Positions 1-11,377 are shown, counted from the whole stretch's first letter. The stretch: 63,072 bases of DNA, filler included, from Olpidium bornovanus S191 (GCA_017911155.1; 29 parts of 29 records of this genome joined end to end with filler, not necessarily neighbours in it); one strand, 5' to 3'. Notes: generated by a model from the letters alone, not told the origin. Numbers and translations are program-made.

Positions 1-491
1 CATGTGATCTTCTCACGACGAGAGCTCGAGGCGAGCCGTAGACCACTGTGATGCAGCTGAAATTGCATCAGAGTACGAACGCCGAGGGGATATGTAAGCT
101 CGTTTGGGCGACGCGCGGTTACGGCGAGCGAGGTCAGCGCAACGCGCGTCATTGCCATCGAATCGTTCTCTCCTTCGCGAGCTGGAAGTGGTCGGGTTCC
201 CGTCACCGCGCCCTTATCCTGAGAAGTCTATTTGCCGAATCCTTTCGAGCCAAATTGCCGGAGGGTTGTGCCCCATCACCGGCCCCTCGCCCAGCGTCCG
301 CGAAGCTCGGCAGCGGACACGAGCGGCGTCTGCCGCACGCCGGGCCGCCACCGCGCGTACACCGGCCACTGCGTAGCGCGCGCCGTCGCCGCCTGCGCCG
401 TTCAGGCGGTGGCGCGAGCCTTGCCGAGTGCGTCTACGGCCAGGCGCCTATCCATACGCACATCTCTGCCCTTGTGCCTTTTCTGCACGTA

Positions 492-1590
492 ATGGAACGC
501 TTAAACGCGGACGGCATCGAAGTACGGAGAAAACGCGGGGCTCGCGCAGGCAGCATGATTGAGATACTGCGCGAGCGCGAGCTTGGCGGACTCCCTCCCT
601 ACGCGGGCCCGGTCAGGGAACGGCAAATCTACCGGCACGTGTATCCCAATGAAGCAGCGTACAACGTTGCCACGCCGAGCTTGTTCTTTAAACGGTTTTC
701 TCCGGACGGCAAGGTAACCACGCGGAGGATTTGTCAGGCACTCAGCGCCGTTCGTATACTGGATGTTTTCCAACTGAGAACTGATCCTCGTTCACTTGAT
801 GCCCAGTTGCTGGTTGGAATCAGTCGCGACCAGGCGTCCGTTCACGTGTACGAGTTCCAAGGTTCGACAAGAAAACGGGCAATGCGAGCATCTGATATGA
901 CAGAGCGATGTAAACGACTTAAGACAGATGAGCGAAGCACAGCGATGTACACGGTCAACGGTGCAAACCAACAGCGCGAGGAGGATGTGAACTACAAGTT
1001 CGAGGAGAGTGTTTTTGCGCCGGAGCTTCGATCGGCACCAGCGAAGTTCTCGGATTTCTTTTCATTAAAGCACAATACGCGGGTCATCAAGCATTTTTCA
1101 TCAACTGACCATCGGGAGACGCTTAATCGCGACTTTTCTCTGTTCACCTGCGACGGCAATTACGTACGTGGTACACGTGGCGGACGAAGTCCAAATGAGC
1201 TCTTTTCAAGCAGACGCGGGCACAAAAATAGCTAACGTCTGCTGTGCTGCCGTCTTGGTCCAGGTCATTCTGGCCTCAACGGAGCCGTCTGATTTATCGC
1301 TGCGCGATGCAAGACGATATCCTTGCTCGCTACTATCGGGGATCCCTGCCGTTGAACGTGTGACGTTTTACACACTTAACGTGTGCACTGGAAACGTAGG
1401 CGACGCAGATTTGAAGCTCGCCGTGCTTGCTGCATAACTTTTAATTCGATACGTTTCTCAGGTCTGCGGCGAGTTGGTACTGAAGAACGACTACGTGTAC
1501 CTATCCCACCATGCGGGAGTGGGCCTTTACGGCGACATGTTCGCGGTCGTGTCCGTGTTCCACCAGGTCATCAAGCTCTTTCAAATCAGT
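492..1590 (+). CDS. DET1: De-etiolated 1 (DET1) homologue, 3'-partial, spliced
   Basis: Exons ~492-713, 807-1163, 1264-1395, 1462-1590 with GT-AG introns (branch GCTAAC at 1231). Spliced protein has RHVYPNEAAYNV..LFFKRFSPDGK|LLVGISRDQASVHVYEFQG, LNRDFSLFTCDGNY|VILAS and LSHHAGVGLYGDMFAVVSVFHQVIKLFQI. These are colinear with animal/plant DET1 blocks (NVFPNFTVVNV..FLRKFSPDG, LNRECSLFT, LSHNQGLYLY..SVQQQTIHVFQV). Start codon uncertain. Confidence 0.88.
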
Positions 1591-1656
1591 GTAGGGTGGC
1601 TTACGCTGGAGAATATCTGCTAAAGAGCTGCTGGGCAAACGCTAACTTGCGGTGCA

Positions 1657-1756
1657 NNNNNNNNNNNNNNNNNNNNNNNNNNNNNNNNNNNNNNNNNNNN
1701 TTAATTAATTAANNNNNNNNNNNNNNNNNNNNNNNNNNNNNNNNNNNNNNNNNNNN
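1657..1756. other. Artificial contig linker (first of 28)
   Basis: N44-TTAATTAATTAA-N44, a six-frame stop cassette. It recurs at 3681, 4972, 6821, 8016, 9874, 11278, 15366, 17449, 21604, 23735, 25614, 28473, 31084, 32802, 34400, 35912, 37878, 41215, 43040, 44453, 45851, 49822, 51180, 55494, 58257, 60248 and 61798. Confidence 0.99.
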
Positions 1757-3099
1757 CATGCGGACTAACAGGATTTGCTACATCACCAGTATTGTAGACA
1801 CGCTTGGCCCTCCCTGTCCGTGGATATACGGGGCTATTAGGTCCAGCAACAGGCTGAGCGGGCGATGAACATTGTTAGAAACGCAGCTTGGCCATGGAAT
1901 GAGGCAGCAAGATCTGAAGAGCCTCCCGGAACGGACACCAAGGGAGTTAATCGGCTTATTCTAACGGAATATTTGACATATTCCTCGTACCGAAAGGTTC
2001 CCCATGGTCATGGCGCCAAACTGCGCAGTCGCCTGGTCGACGGAGGGCGCAGAGCCTGGACCTCCGCTCACATTCGCATAAGTATTGTGCGACATCGCCT
2101 GGGCAGACATCGGTCGAGAAGTGGGCGGGGTTCCCTGCCACGGGGTACCGGACGCCGTCCCCAGACGAGGCAAGAGCGGCGTCATGCCGGGGCCTGCCGT
2201 TCTGGAATCCTGTCCTGGAAGTCCGGCAGTTTGACTCGGTGCACCTCCCATCGTCCACGATGGATGCTGTCCGGGTGACGGCGGCACGACCTGGCGCTCA
2301 CCGGCCGAACGGGAACGCGGTGGCAACACGTCGGCGCCCTGAGCTGTGCCGCGAAAAGCGACGCCAGGCCGGCCATTTTAGCCTTTCGTGGCTGGGAATA
2401 CGTGGGCCGGTCGTTTGTAGCCCGCAAGCAGACGCGAGTCCCGATACAGTACGCACCTTGGCCAGCGGGGAGTTGGGACTGCGAAACCGTAGGGGACACT
2501 ACTTGCGCCGGGAGGGGTTGCGCTGTTTACGCGGGGCAAAAATCGTCGGACGCGGTGCAGGACACGTGAGATCACTCGGATCTGCATGCTTTGTTCGGAA
2601 AATAAGCAAAAGGTCGCTTGTTTGAAAAACAACCGCAACGAGACTCGAGTAACTTACGCGAAACCCCTGTTGGCTTCGATGCCAAATCCGGAGATGCGGC
2701 CTGGCTCAGGGGCAGCTGAGAATACTGCTGGCCGGGGCGAAACATATCAGGGGACGCGACGGGACTCCCTGACCTGAACATGCCGTGCTGCACGCCCGGC
2801 GGCTGAGGTTGCTGGATCGGTCGTGGGACACCACCGCCCATTGCCGGGGTGCCGGAGTGTGCGGAAAACCCGGTAGGACGCGGCATCTGCAACGAGGGAA
2901 CCGATGAACCCGTGGCGGCCTGTAAGTGAGGCTGCTGGAAAGGACGAGGCGGTGGCCGCTGGTTCTGCTGCTGGGGGAGCTGGTGGCCAGGGCGTGGGGC
3001 TGGAGCCTGTCCTTGCATCGCGCCCGGCGGGTGGACAGGGAGCAGCTTCTGAGGCGCTCCAGGGCCGCCTTGGCCGGGCGGGCGAGGCGGTTGCTGCAT
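1757..3099 (-). CDS. Pro/Gln-rich low-complexity N-terminus of a spliced gene (possibly Sec24-like), 3'-partial
   Basis: ORF 2572-3099 MQQPPRPPGQGG..., continuing in P/Q/G-rich exons near 1961-2329 and 1757-1855 (GPNSPVYPRTGRAKRVY). No folded domain is reached, so identity is a guess. Confidence 0.4.
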
Positions 3100-3309
3100 T
3101 TCTGCTTGTTTTTGGTTTCTTTTTTCCTTGGGAAAGCCGATGCGCCCGTGGCAGTTCGGCGGGGACTGGGAGCGGCGCGGCAGAGGCGGGGGGGCAGGGG
3201 GGGTGCCGGGTAGAAGAAGGGGGGGGGGGTTTTTTTTTTTTTTTTTTTTTTTTCTTTTTTTTTGGTTTCTTGTAATTCTGCCGTGCTTTCACACAAAGGC
3301 CACTTTCGT

Positions 3310-3379
3310 GTCACGTGACGTTGCGACTAGACACACAGTGGTGTGTCTAGTGGTCTCGGCAATTCCAAGGTCACGTGAT
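3310..3379. promoter_or_regulatory. E-box (GTCACGTGA) pair flanking an 11-bp inverted repeat, upstream of the P/Q-rich gene
   Basis: GTCACGTGAC at 3310-3319; GTCACGTGAT at 3370-3379; stem ACTAGACACAC/GTGTGTCTAGT at 3326-3351; another CACGTG at 3595-3600. Confidence 0.4.
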
Positions 3380-3837
3380 CGACGCTTGGCGGGCTGCCGC
3401 CGAGAGGGGTTTGACGCAGCCCGTGAGGGGTTTGATGCCGCCCGTAGCGCGCGCCGTGACATAAAACCCCCTTGGCGCCTTCTTTATGTTGTGGAAAGCT
3501 TCTTCTTTTTCCGTCTTCCTCTCTTCTCTCTTTTTGTTTGTGGTTTGGACTGTGCAGTTGCTCCTCGTAGCCACACATTGGCAGGGCGACTCCCCACGTG
3601 AAGCATCGCAGTGTGTCTGTGCCAAGACGCTCTAGAATGTTGCTGTTGCTCTGATCAATGTGGAGCTCCGATCTCCAAGCNNNNNNNNNNNNNNNNNNNN
3701 NNNNNNNNNNNNNNNNNNNNNNNNTTAATTAATTAANNNNNNNNNNNNNNNNNNNNNNNNNNNNNNNNNNNNNNNNNNNNCATGACCGTCTGCGAGGCGA
3801 GCGAGACAGATTGTTTTTTTTTGCGAATTAGGGAGCT

Positions 3838-4970
3838 TCAAAACACAAGCGGCACAATCCGTTCGAACCGTCCGGTCGCGCTACATACCTCGGTCGACAC
3901 GCTCGCGGTGTCTGCATCACTGCCGGTCCCCGAAACCTGTTGCAGCAGCTCATCAAGCACGGTCTGCTTATACGGTACCCACAACCAAGACGTGAGCTTT
4001 TGGTAGCCGCGATCTGTCTTCTCACCGAAACCCACTGCGGCGAACCGGTGTATCATCGAACAGACGTCTAATCATCGTAAAATCATAAATGAGCAGTTTC
4101 GTCGCGTATGTCACGCACAATTGATCAATATTTAAGGTCAGGGTAAACAAGCACAAGCGTTTCTCACTCACAGGATTTCATCTCCGACACGACGCTTGCT
4201 TCGGCTTCGTCAGCAAGACGTGCCTTGAATACCCCGATCACCGCCGGATGTCCGAAGACAGTCTGGACAGTTGCGGCGTTCGTCTTCGCGGCTCCGGCGC
4301 CCGACTCCCTTGACTTCTCCAGGACGAGATCCAGCATCTCCATCATCGCAGGCGTCCAGCCCGGAACGCCCGAGAGCAGCCTCGCGGAGACCCGCATAAC
4401 GATCAGTCGCGCGGCGTCCGGCATCCTGTCTTGCTCCATCCGAAATAACAGCTGCCCGCACGCCGCAGCAGCGGTCGCATCCGGCGCGGCCGCCAAGCGC
4501 AGCACAAACTGCTCCATCGCGCTGTCGCTTCCGCACGGCGAAGGACAGTCGAAATCCGTCGCTGCTGCGTTACCCGCCGCCGAATCGTGGGCAAAACGCT
4601 CCACCGTCATCTGGAGATTTTCCAAGACGCTTCGGGCGGCAGCGGCCTTCGGGGCCCCGACTTGCGCCGACCGCGCCTTCTTCACGTATTCCAAAAGGAA
4701 CATCGGGCTGACCTGGGTGCCCAAGAGAACCGTGATCAAGCAGCGCAAAAAGCCAAGCGCGCCGCTGGAGGGCGCACCGCTCGCAGCCATTTCGCAAATA
4801 CCCTCGACGACGCAGGCCAGCAAAGGACTGAACGGGAGCCGCCGTGAGGACTCGCCCAACTCCACCGGTCCAGGGACATCAGCTCTGGTCGCGCACCGGG
4901 CCTTTGCAAGGATTCTCGCCAACCCTACTGATCCTTCAACGGCCACATCGCAAATCGTGCCCTTGTCCAT
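3838..4970 (-). CDS. Hypothetical alpha-helical protein, internal exons
   Basis: Open 268-aa frame 4164-4970 with amphipathic helices, ending at a GT donor near 4166; further exon near 3838-4010. No family recognised. Confidence 0.45.
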
Positions 4971-5139
4971 GNNNNNNNNNNNNNNNNNNNNNNNNNNNNN
5001 NNNNNNNNNNNNNNNTTAATTAATTAANNNNNNNNNNNNNNNNNNNNNNNNNNNNNNNNNNNNNNNNNNNNGGGGCTTCTCGTCGATGCGCCCGCGGCGA
5101 TGCGCCGGACCCCGCTAACTGCCTCCCCGCATTCTGCAG

Positions 5140-6138
5140 AAATGCTCTCGGGCAAAAAATACACCGGAAACGAGGTGGACATTTGGTCCATGGGAGTGGT
5201 TCTCTTTCTGCTCGTGACGGGGAGGCTGCCGTTCGACGACAGCAACATGTCGCGGTTGTTTCACGCCGTATATTCCGGCCACTTGAAGCTTCCGGAAGGA
5301 CTATCTCCAGGTACGGAATCCGGTTCGCGGTGGGCGGGAAAGGGAGGACGCACAAAAGACCCAGTAGGGCGCGGCGTGCTCACGGGCACAAAAAAAAAAC
5401 GGCCCAGAATGCAAGGACATCATCCGGGACATGCTTCGGCCTCGACCGCAAGACCGGCTCAGTCTCGCGCAAATACGTGACCACCCTTGGACGACGGACA
5501 ACGGCGCACAGCCGGTCATGGAATTTGTACAAGCCGCTGACAACGCCGAAGGGACGGTGCACGAGGCGGACCCGGCAGGTCGAGCGGCCGCGGAGGAGGA
5601 GGGGGAGGAGGAGGAGGAAGCTGAGGAGGAGGAGGAGGAGGGGGACGAGGAGGAGGAGGAGGAGGAGGAACCGCCCGCTACGGCAAAACCGGACACCGAA
5701 GTCCTCGGCCACCTGGTAAGATTGGGCTTCGACCACGCGGCGGCGACGTCGGAGATCGTCCACAAAGAACCCGGCCCGGCGCTCGCGACGTACTACCTCC
5801 TGAAGGGGAAGCGCGATGCGGAGAGAGGAGCCGCGGCGGCGGCGGCGGGAGGGCTTTCGCCGGAGGAGCCGCACGCGCAGGCCGGCGGCGCGAGGGCGGC
5901 GGCCGCCCCGCCGCCGCAGCCGCCGCCGACGAAGAAACTCGAGCCGCTGTCGGCCCCGAGCAGCATGGAGGAGCTCAGCAAGCAGGCCGCGCCCGGGAGC
6001 AAAGCGCTGGCCATCGCCGAAGAGGAGGAAGGCGAGGAGGAGCGCGGCGCGGGCGCCCTCGGGCCCCCGGAAGGACCGGCCGCGGATTGCGGCCGGGTGG
6101 CCGGCCGACGCGCGAGAAGCGGCTTCGGCGGCCGGTAG
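5140..6138 (+). CDS. CAMKL (MARK/SNF1/SIK-like) Ser/Thr kinase, C-lobe plus UBA domain, 5'-partial
   Basis: Exon 5140-5310 EMLSGKKYTGNEVDIWSMGVVLFLLVTGRLPFDD; intron 5311-5407; then ECKDIIRDMLRPRPQDRLSLAQIRDHPW, a poly-Glu tract and UBA-like VLGHLVRLGFD...ATYYLL. 3' end uncertain. Confidence 0.88.
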
Positions 6139-6955
6139 ATCCCGCCTCGGCGCGGGATCGCCCCAAAAACGTTTCCGGCCGGAGTCGCCGCCTGACATTA
6201 TTATGTAGTTTGTCGCTTTCTGGACCGCGGTCCCCAGGGCCCCTTACCGCCCCTCCCCACTCACCGGCGGGCCGGGCAAAACCGAATTTTTCCAGAAATC
6301 CGGCGTGCCGATTGGTCGCCTTGCCCCCTTTTCCCCGCCACCCCCCCTCTCTCTCTCTCTCTCACGCACACACACGCAGACACAACACCCACCCTCTCGC
6401 GCGATCAACAGAGCGTCCCGGTCGGGCGGGCCTTCATTTTCGCAGGATATCGCCCGCGCTCGAAGCCCCATCGCCGGGCCGGACGCGCACCGTGATTCCC
6501 CGAGGGAAGACACTCGTTTTCGGCGGCCGCACATCACCCCCGAGCCCGCGGCCGACGGCGGGCGACGACAATACACCAGACCCATACCGCCGGGGGGCCC
6601 CACTTCTCCCTCCCTCCTTCCTTCCCTCTCCGCACCGTCTCGGAAGGTCCGCGCGGCTGACCTGTTACAGCGGTGACCGGTCGAGCGTTCAAAAGGAAAA
6701 AAAAAAGATAGTCATTGTCAAAAGGCCCCGTGAAATCTTCGGATCCTGGGAGATCCGCGAAAGCCCGCGAAATCTGCGAAGCCTGCGCCCGCGAAACCCC
6801 CCCCCCCCCCCCCCCCCCCCNNNNNNNNNNNNNNNNNNNNNNNNNNNNNNNNNNNNNNNNNNNNTTAATTAATTAANNNNNNNNNNNNNNNNNNNNNNNN
6901 NNNNNNNNNNNNNNNNNNNNCATGAAGAACGACCCACTTGACGAAAGGCTTTCCG

Positions 6956-7773
6956 ATGCTCTTGACCCGACGTTCGATGCTGAAGGCCACCCTCGTGGCG
7001 CTACCGGCGCATTGTGTCGCCCGCGACCTTGGCGACGTTGGTCATCTTCCGCCTCCCGTGCCGGGCACCGCCCCGGTCGATGCGGCGCGTGCCTTCCTGG
7101 CCAACCAGGTGCGCTTGTTACCGGGAAGTCCGTTTTACGTGCGGCAGGAGCTGCATCGCAAAGGGGTGCTCGCGTCGTACGATCCCGACAGGTTGCTGTA
7201 CCCCTACCGCGCGTTCGCCGGACTTCCCCAGAAAGAAGGCATCGAGAAGGGCTACGACGGCTGGGACAGTGAATTTATTCGTGGGCACATGACTGGGCAC
7301 TATTTGTCCGCCGCTTCGCGCATGGCGGCGGCGACGGGAAGTGTCGTGTTTCGCGACCGGGTCAATTATCTCGTTGGGGAACTCGCCACATGTCAGAGGA
7401 CCCTGGATCTGGATGGCTACCTGGCCGCCTTTTCCACGGCCGCTTTCGACCAGCTCGAAGGCAAGCCCGGGGCCGACGCGGGGGGTATAGGCGTGCCTTA
7501 TTACACGATCCAGAAGATCATGTCGGGCCTCCTCGACGCGTATGCCTATGTCGGCAACAGGCAGGCGCTCGACGTGGCCACCAGGATGGCCGACTATTTC
7601 GGCAAGCGGCTCGCGCAGCTCGATGCCGCACAGGTCGACAGGATCTTCCGCACGGACGGCAGCCGCAATCCACAGAACGAATTCGGTGCGATGAGCGACG
7701 TCCTCGCGGAACTCTACAAGATCGACAGGAATCCCCGGCACCTCGACACCGCCCGCTTGTTCAATCGTGCATG
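6956..7773 (+). CDS. Bacterial-type GH127/GH146 beta-L-arabinofuranosidase-like protein (DUF1680) with Tat signal, truncated at a CATG junction
   Basis: Intronless; SD-like GAAAGG at 6943-6948; MLLTRRSMLK twin-arginine motif; motifs RGHMTGHYLSA, DGYLAAF, VPYYTIQKIMSGLLDAY and NEFGAMSDVLAELY. Homology stops at CATG 7770-7773. Confidence 0.88.
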
Positions 7774-8015
7774 TATCTCATACCTCCAAACGAAGCAGGC
7801 TCGATGGGTCCACATAGGTCGGTATGAACTCGTGCAAGGGCTTTTTTGACACGTTGATCTGGACGGCATTTTTTAAACGGGCGTCTGGTTTGCCAGCCAC
7901 AATGACAGTCTCCACATGGTGGGGTTCTCCCTTGTGAGCGGTTTATAAGCGCGTTTTTTTCTTTCCAAAGGTTTCCTGAAACACTTCGTTGCACTGCTGA
8001 CTGGTTAGTATGTCG
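7774..8015 (-). mobile_element. Ty1/copia GAG-pre-integrase and integrase N-terminal fragment
   Basis: Minus frame CGDCHCGWQTRRPF...LARVHTDLCGPIEPASFGGMRYM matches the copia consensus C..C..GKQTR.PF...L..VHSD.CGP.....GG.RY. Confidence 0.85.
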
Positions 8016-8266
8016 NNNNNNNNNNNNNNNNNNNNNNNNNNNNNNNNNNNNNNNNNNNNTTAATTAATTAANNNNNNNNNNNNNNNNNNNNNNNNNNNNN
8101 NNNNNNNNNNNNNNNAGGCTACCTGTGGACGACCAACCGACGTTGCTCTACAAGGACAACTGAGCTAAACTCTTCTCTCCAGCGCCCGAGGGTATAAGCT
8201 CCAATAAGAAGATCTTCTGCAAAGGGAGGAACCATGACTCCGCAGGTGGTCCGAGCCTGGAGGGGT

Positions 8267-9042
8267 TTACTGGCAGGTGCAACGGCGACAAAATTTTCCC
8301 GATTAAAAAATGTTAATTGGCCCGCGTTCGTCGCCCACACGCAGAAAGTCGGTCCCGCCGGCAAGACTCAAATCACTTCGAAAAAGGCGAAGCTCACATA
8401 ACCAGCATTGATGAGATAATCGCCGAGGGCTTCGACAACTTTCGCCGCCTCACCGGGCTGGGTCTTCTCGTTGTACGTGGCGACGAGGATGGCTTTGTTG
8501 GTCTTGACGCAGATGACGCCGCATGCGCCCTGGCGAGTTTGATATTTGGAGGAGGAATCGCACCGAGAGCAAAAAAACGCAGGGGGGCAACCGTCAGCAA
8601 CACGACGTACGCGACAGCGCCCGGAGCACGACAAGACAACGCTTCCCGCACGCCAGACGGAAAAATACGCATCGACAGGCCGCTCAAGTTTCGCGAACCT
8701 TTTTGCCATAAATGCTCCGCTCGTCGCATTTGAGAGCCACATACTTCACGCCTCCGAGGTGGAGGCCGTTCGCCCGGATCCCGGACGGATCCGTTAAGGC
8801 CTTCAGCAACGCATCCAGTTCTGTTGAAGAGAGCTGGGGAGTGCGTTCGTCAGAACACAGCAAGTCCGCGCCGCCGGCGCGAACAGCAAGCAGAACCGCA
8901 GGCGGCACGAGCGGCCGGAAAATTCGTGCGCGGGAGCCAAAAGTAAAAGTGGAGGCCAGAAAGGGAACGGAAAACAGCAAAGCTGCCAAAAGCCAAGCAC
9001 AAGTAGTAGAAAGTTCACAAGAGGCGGCAATAATATAACAGG

Positions 9043-9078
<36 letters not shown>

Positions 9079-9222
9079 CAAGCTTCCGAATATCATGGAA
9101 AAACCTACTGTGAATCCGGGAGACGTTGCCCAGCTCGCCTTGTCGGGGTTGCCGTGGATGGCGGCTTTCTCGATCTTGCCGGTGCCGACAAGGTTGTCGT
9201 CGACGTATGATTGCCAAGACAT
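8267..9222 (-). CDS. PFY1: Profilin, complete, 4 exons
   Basis: Exons 9222-9109, 8833-8699, 8529-8398 and stop 8269-8267. MSWQSYVDDNLVGTGKIEKAAIHG...SIYGKK|GACGVICVKTNKAILVATY...LGDYLINAGY*. Confidence 0.95.
9044..9075. repeat. (TA)n microsatellite in profilin intron 1
   Basis: About 16 perfect TA units. Confidence 0.95.
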
Positions 9223-9812
9223 GTTGTTGGGGTCGGGGGCGCTTGGCGGGACGATAACGCGGTCTGAGGGTTTCGAACTCGCACGGCTAAAAAGATCGAA
9301 ACCGGCCGGGGAGTCAGACGCGGGGAGGCGAAGGGATCGGGGTCACGGTTCGGCGGGGGTCAGCCGGCGGCCCACAGACGCAGACGCCTGTGCAGCTCGG
9401 CTCCGCCGAGTTGGGCGCCTCCAGGCGCAACCGGCTCGGCTCGGCTCGCCGTCCCGCTCCCGCCCCTCCTTCCTTTTCCCCCGCCCCCCTCCCCCCGCCC
9501 CCCCCCCGCCCTCTCCCTCTCCCTCTCCCTCGCCCCTCCTTTCCCGGGGTGGTTTTTTTCCCTTCTGTTTCTTCTTCTTCTTCTTCTCGCGCGAGCCGCC
9601 GACACGGGACGAGGGCGGGAAACGCACGGGACGAGGGCGGGAAACAAAACGCACAGCGCCGGAGAGACGGCCGGGGGGCTGACGAGGGGGAGGAGGAGAG
9701 CCGGGAGCGTTGGGGCCGCCGGGGTGTGGGGAGAGTCCGTAGCGTGAGCCCCCCCGTTCGCCCCGCACCTTTTTTTTTTTTTTTTTTCCTTTTCTCTTTT
9801 TTCGGGGGGGGG

Positions 9813-9846
<34 letters not shown>

Positions 9847-10144
9847 TGCCCGCGGGTTTCCCTCCCTTTCCCTNNNNNNNNNNNNNNNNNNNNNNNNNNN
9901 NNNNNNNNNNNNNNNNNTTAATTAATTAANNNNNNNNNNNNNNNNNNNNNNNNNNNNNNNNNNNNNNNNNNNNCATGCGGTGGAGTGGAGATGAAAGAAA
10001 GTGGGGAATGGAGGATGAGACCGGGTTGGTGGATTGCGAAGATACGGAAATGCTGGTTGGCGACAGCGACGAAGCCGCGAGGAGAGCGAGCGCAGAGCGA
10101 ACGACGCTCGCGTCAGCCGGCCGTGGAGTTCCCTGGCGTCAATT

Positions 10145-10786
10145 TCACGCGAGACCGCCCTTTGCCATCCGGGCTGCCTGGATGGCTTTCCGCGACTCGT
10201 AGCTGACGGCGGCCGACCCTCTGAGCACGAGGAAGAGCAGGACCAGGTTCATCCCGAGGCCGGCCACGGCGAACGGCATGGACAGGACCAGGGCCAACGG
10301 GCGGTACTGGATCGGAGACAAGACGCCTCCTTCGGCGCGCGGCGAGGCGACGGCGTTCTGGGCGCTGCTCTTCTTCCCCGCCTCGACGCTAACGGTCCCC
10401 GGCGGCGCCGGGGAGGCGGCAGGCGGAGCAGGCCGGCCGGGATCACGGCCGGCGTCCTCGCCGCCGCTGAGGGACGGCGTGGCTTGCGCGGGCGGCGCCG
10501 CGCCCGTCGCCGTCGGTTTGGGTTTCTCCCCGACCAGCACCCATCCGCTCGGCAGCAGCGCTGCAGGAGCCGGCGGGGGCGTCGTCGTCGCCGTCGCCGC
10601 CTGGCGCCTCCCGAGTCGGATCCCGCCCGCCAAGCTTTCGGCCGCGCGGGCCGCCTCTACCGGGCTCGCCGCAGCCGCGGCGACGGCTCGCGACGGGTCC
10701 CGCCAGCTGGCGACCGCACACAGGAGGAGCCACAGCGCGAGGTGCTGGTGCAGAAGCTGCGAGCGGCGTTCCCACGGTCTGACCAT
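10145..10786 (-). CDS. Putative type I membrane protein (signal peptide, Pro/Ala/Thr-rich ectodomain, C-terminal TM segment)
   Basis: MVRPWERRSQLLHQHLALWLLLCAVASW; low-complexity linker; hydrophobic LALVLSMPFAVAGLGMNLVLLFLVL followed by a basic tail. No family recognised. Confidence 0.45.
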   Translation of the reverse strand: MVRPWERRSQLLHQHLALWLLLCAVASWRDPSRAVAAAAASPVEAARAAESLAGGIRLGRRQAATATTTPPPAPAALLPSGWVLVGEKPKPTATGAAPPAQATPSLSGGEDAGRDPGRPAPPAASPAPPGTVSVEAGKKSSAQNAVASPRAEGGVLSPIQYRPLALVLSMPFAVAGLGMNLVLLFLVLRGSAAVSYESRKAIQAARMAKGGLA

Positions 10787-11377
10787 CGTCGCTGGGATCT
10801 GGAGAGCCTCGCCCTCGGGGGCGCGGCGCTCCTCGTCTTCTCCCGGCTCCTGGGGGGCTCCCGGCCCGAACTGGAGCCTTTTTGCTACTAAGTCTTGCCT
10901 GCCCCCGCAGAACACGCGTCGTTCGGCGGCTACTCCTGGTCTTGGCGCCGCGGTCCGGGCGTTCGGATGACGCGGCCCGAAGAGCGGCCGCCGGGGTCCG
11001 TCGCGCGTCGGTGAGAAAACGGCGGGTGGCGGAAGCGTTCAGCCCCAAGCTGCTTTCAGGGCGGTAGCCCGGTGGGCGTTGGAAAGGTTTGGTTGTGCCT
11101 TTGGAGCGCGGCGGTCGACCGCCGAGTTCAAGGGGCGGGAATTTCGTTGTCGGTTCGAGAGTTGCCGCCGGGAGGGGGGGGGGGGGGGGGGGGGCCCCGC
11201 GGCAGCGCTTCGGTACAGCGCGGCGCGACACAAGGCGCGCCCCTCGGCTGCGCTGCCTGACATGGCGCGGGCCGTGGNNNNNNNNNNNNNNNNNNNNNNN
11301 NNNNNNNNNNNNNNNNNNNNNTTAATTAATTAANNNNNNNNNNNNNNNNNNNNNNNNNNNNNNNNNNNNNNNNNNNN

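Noticed and set aside
48-1235. 395-aa ORF as one protein
   Set aside because: It reads through an in-frame intron (714-806) and into intron 2. The 5' 148 codons show no DET1 similarity.
1657-1756. Recurrent TTAATTAATTAA element as a biological repeat
   Set aside because: It is always centred in exactly 88 Ns. This is a synthetic linker, and ORF tails such as XXXLIN are artefacts of it.
5301-6208. Antisense and alternate-frame ORFs over the kinase (similar cases over TAF7, OPT, ENA, UTP6 and 55680-58238)
   Set aside because: These are shadow ORFs from high GC and low stop frequency. The homologous frame explains each region.
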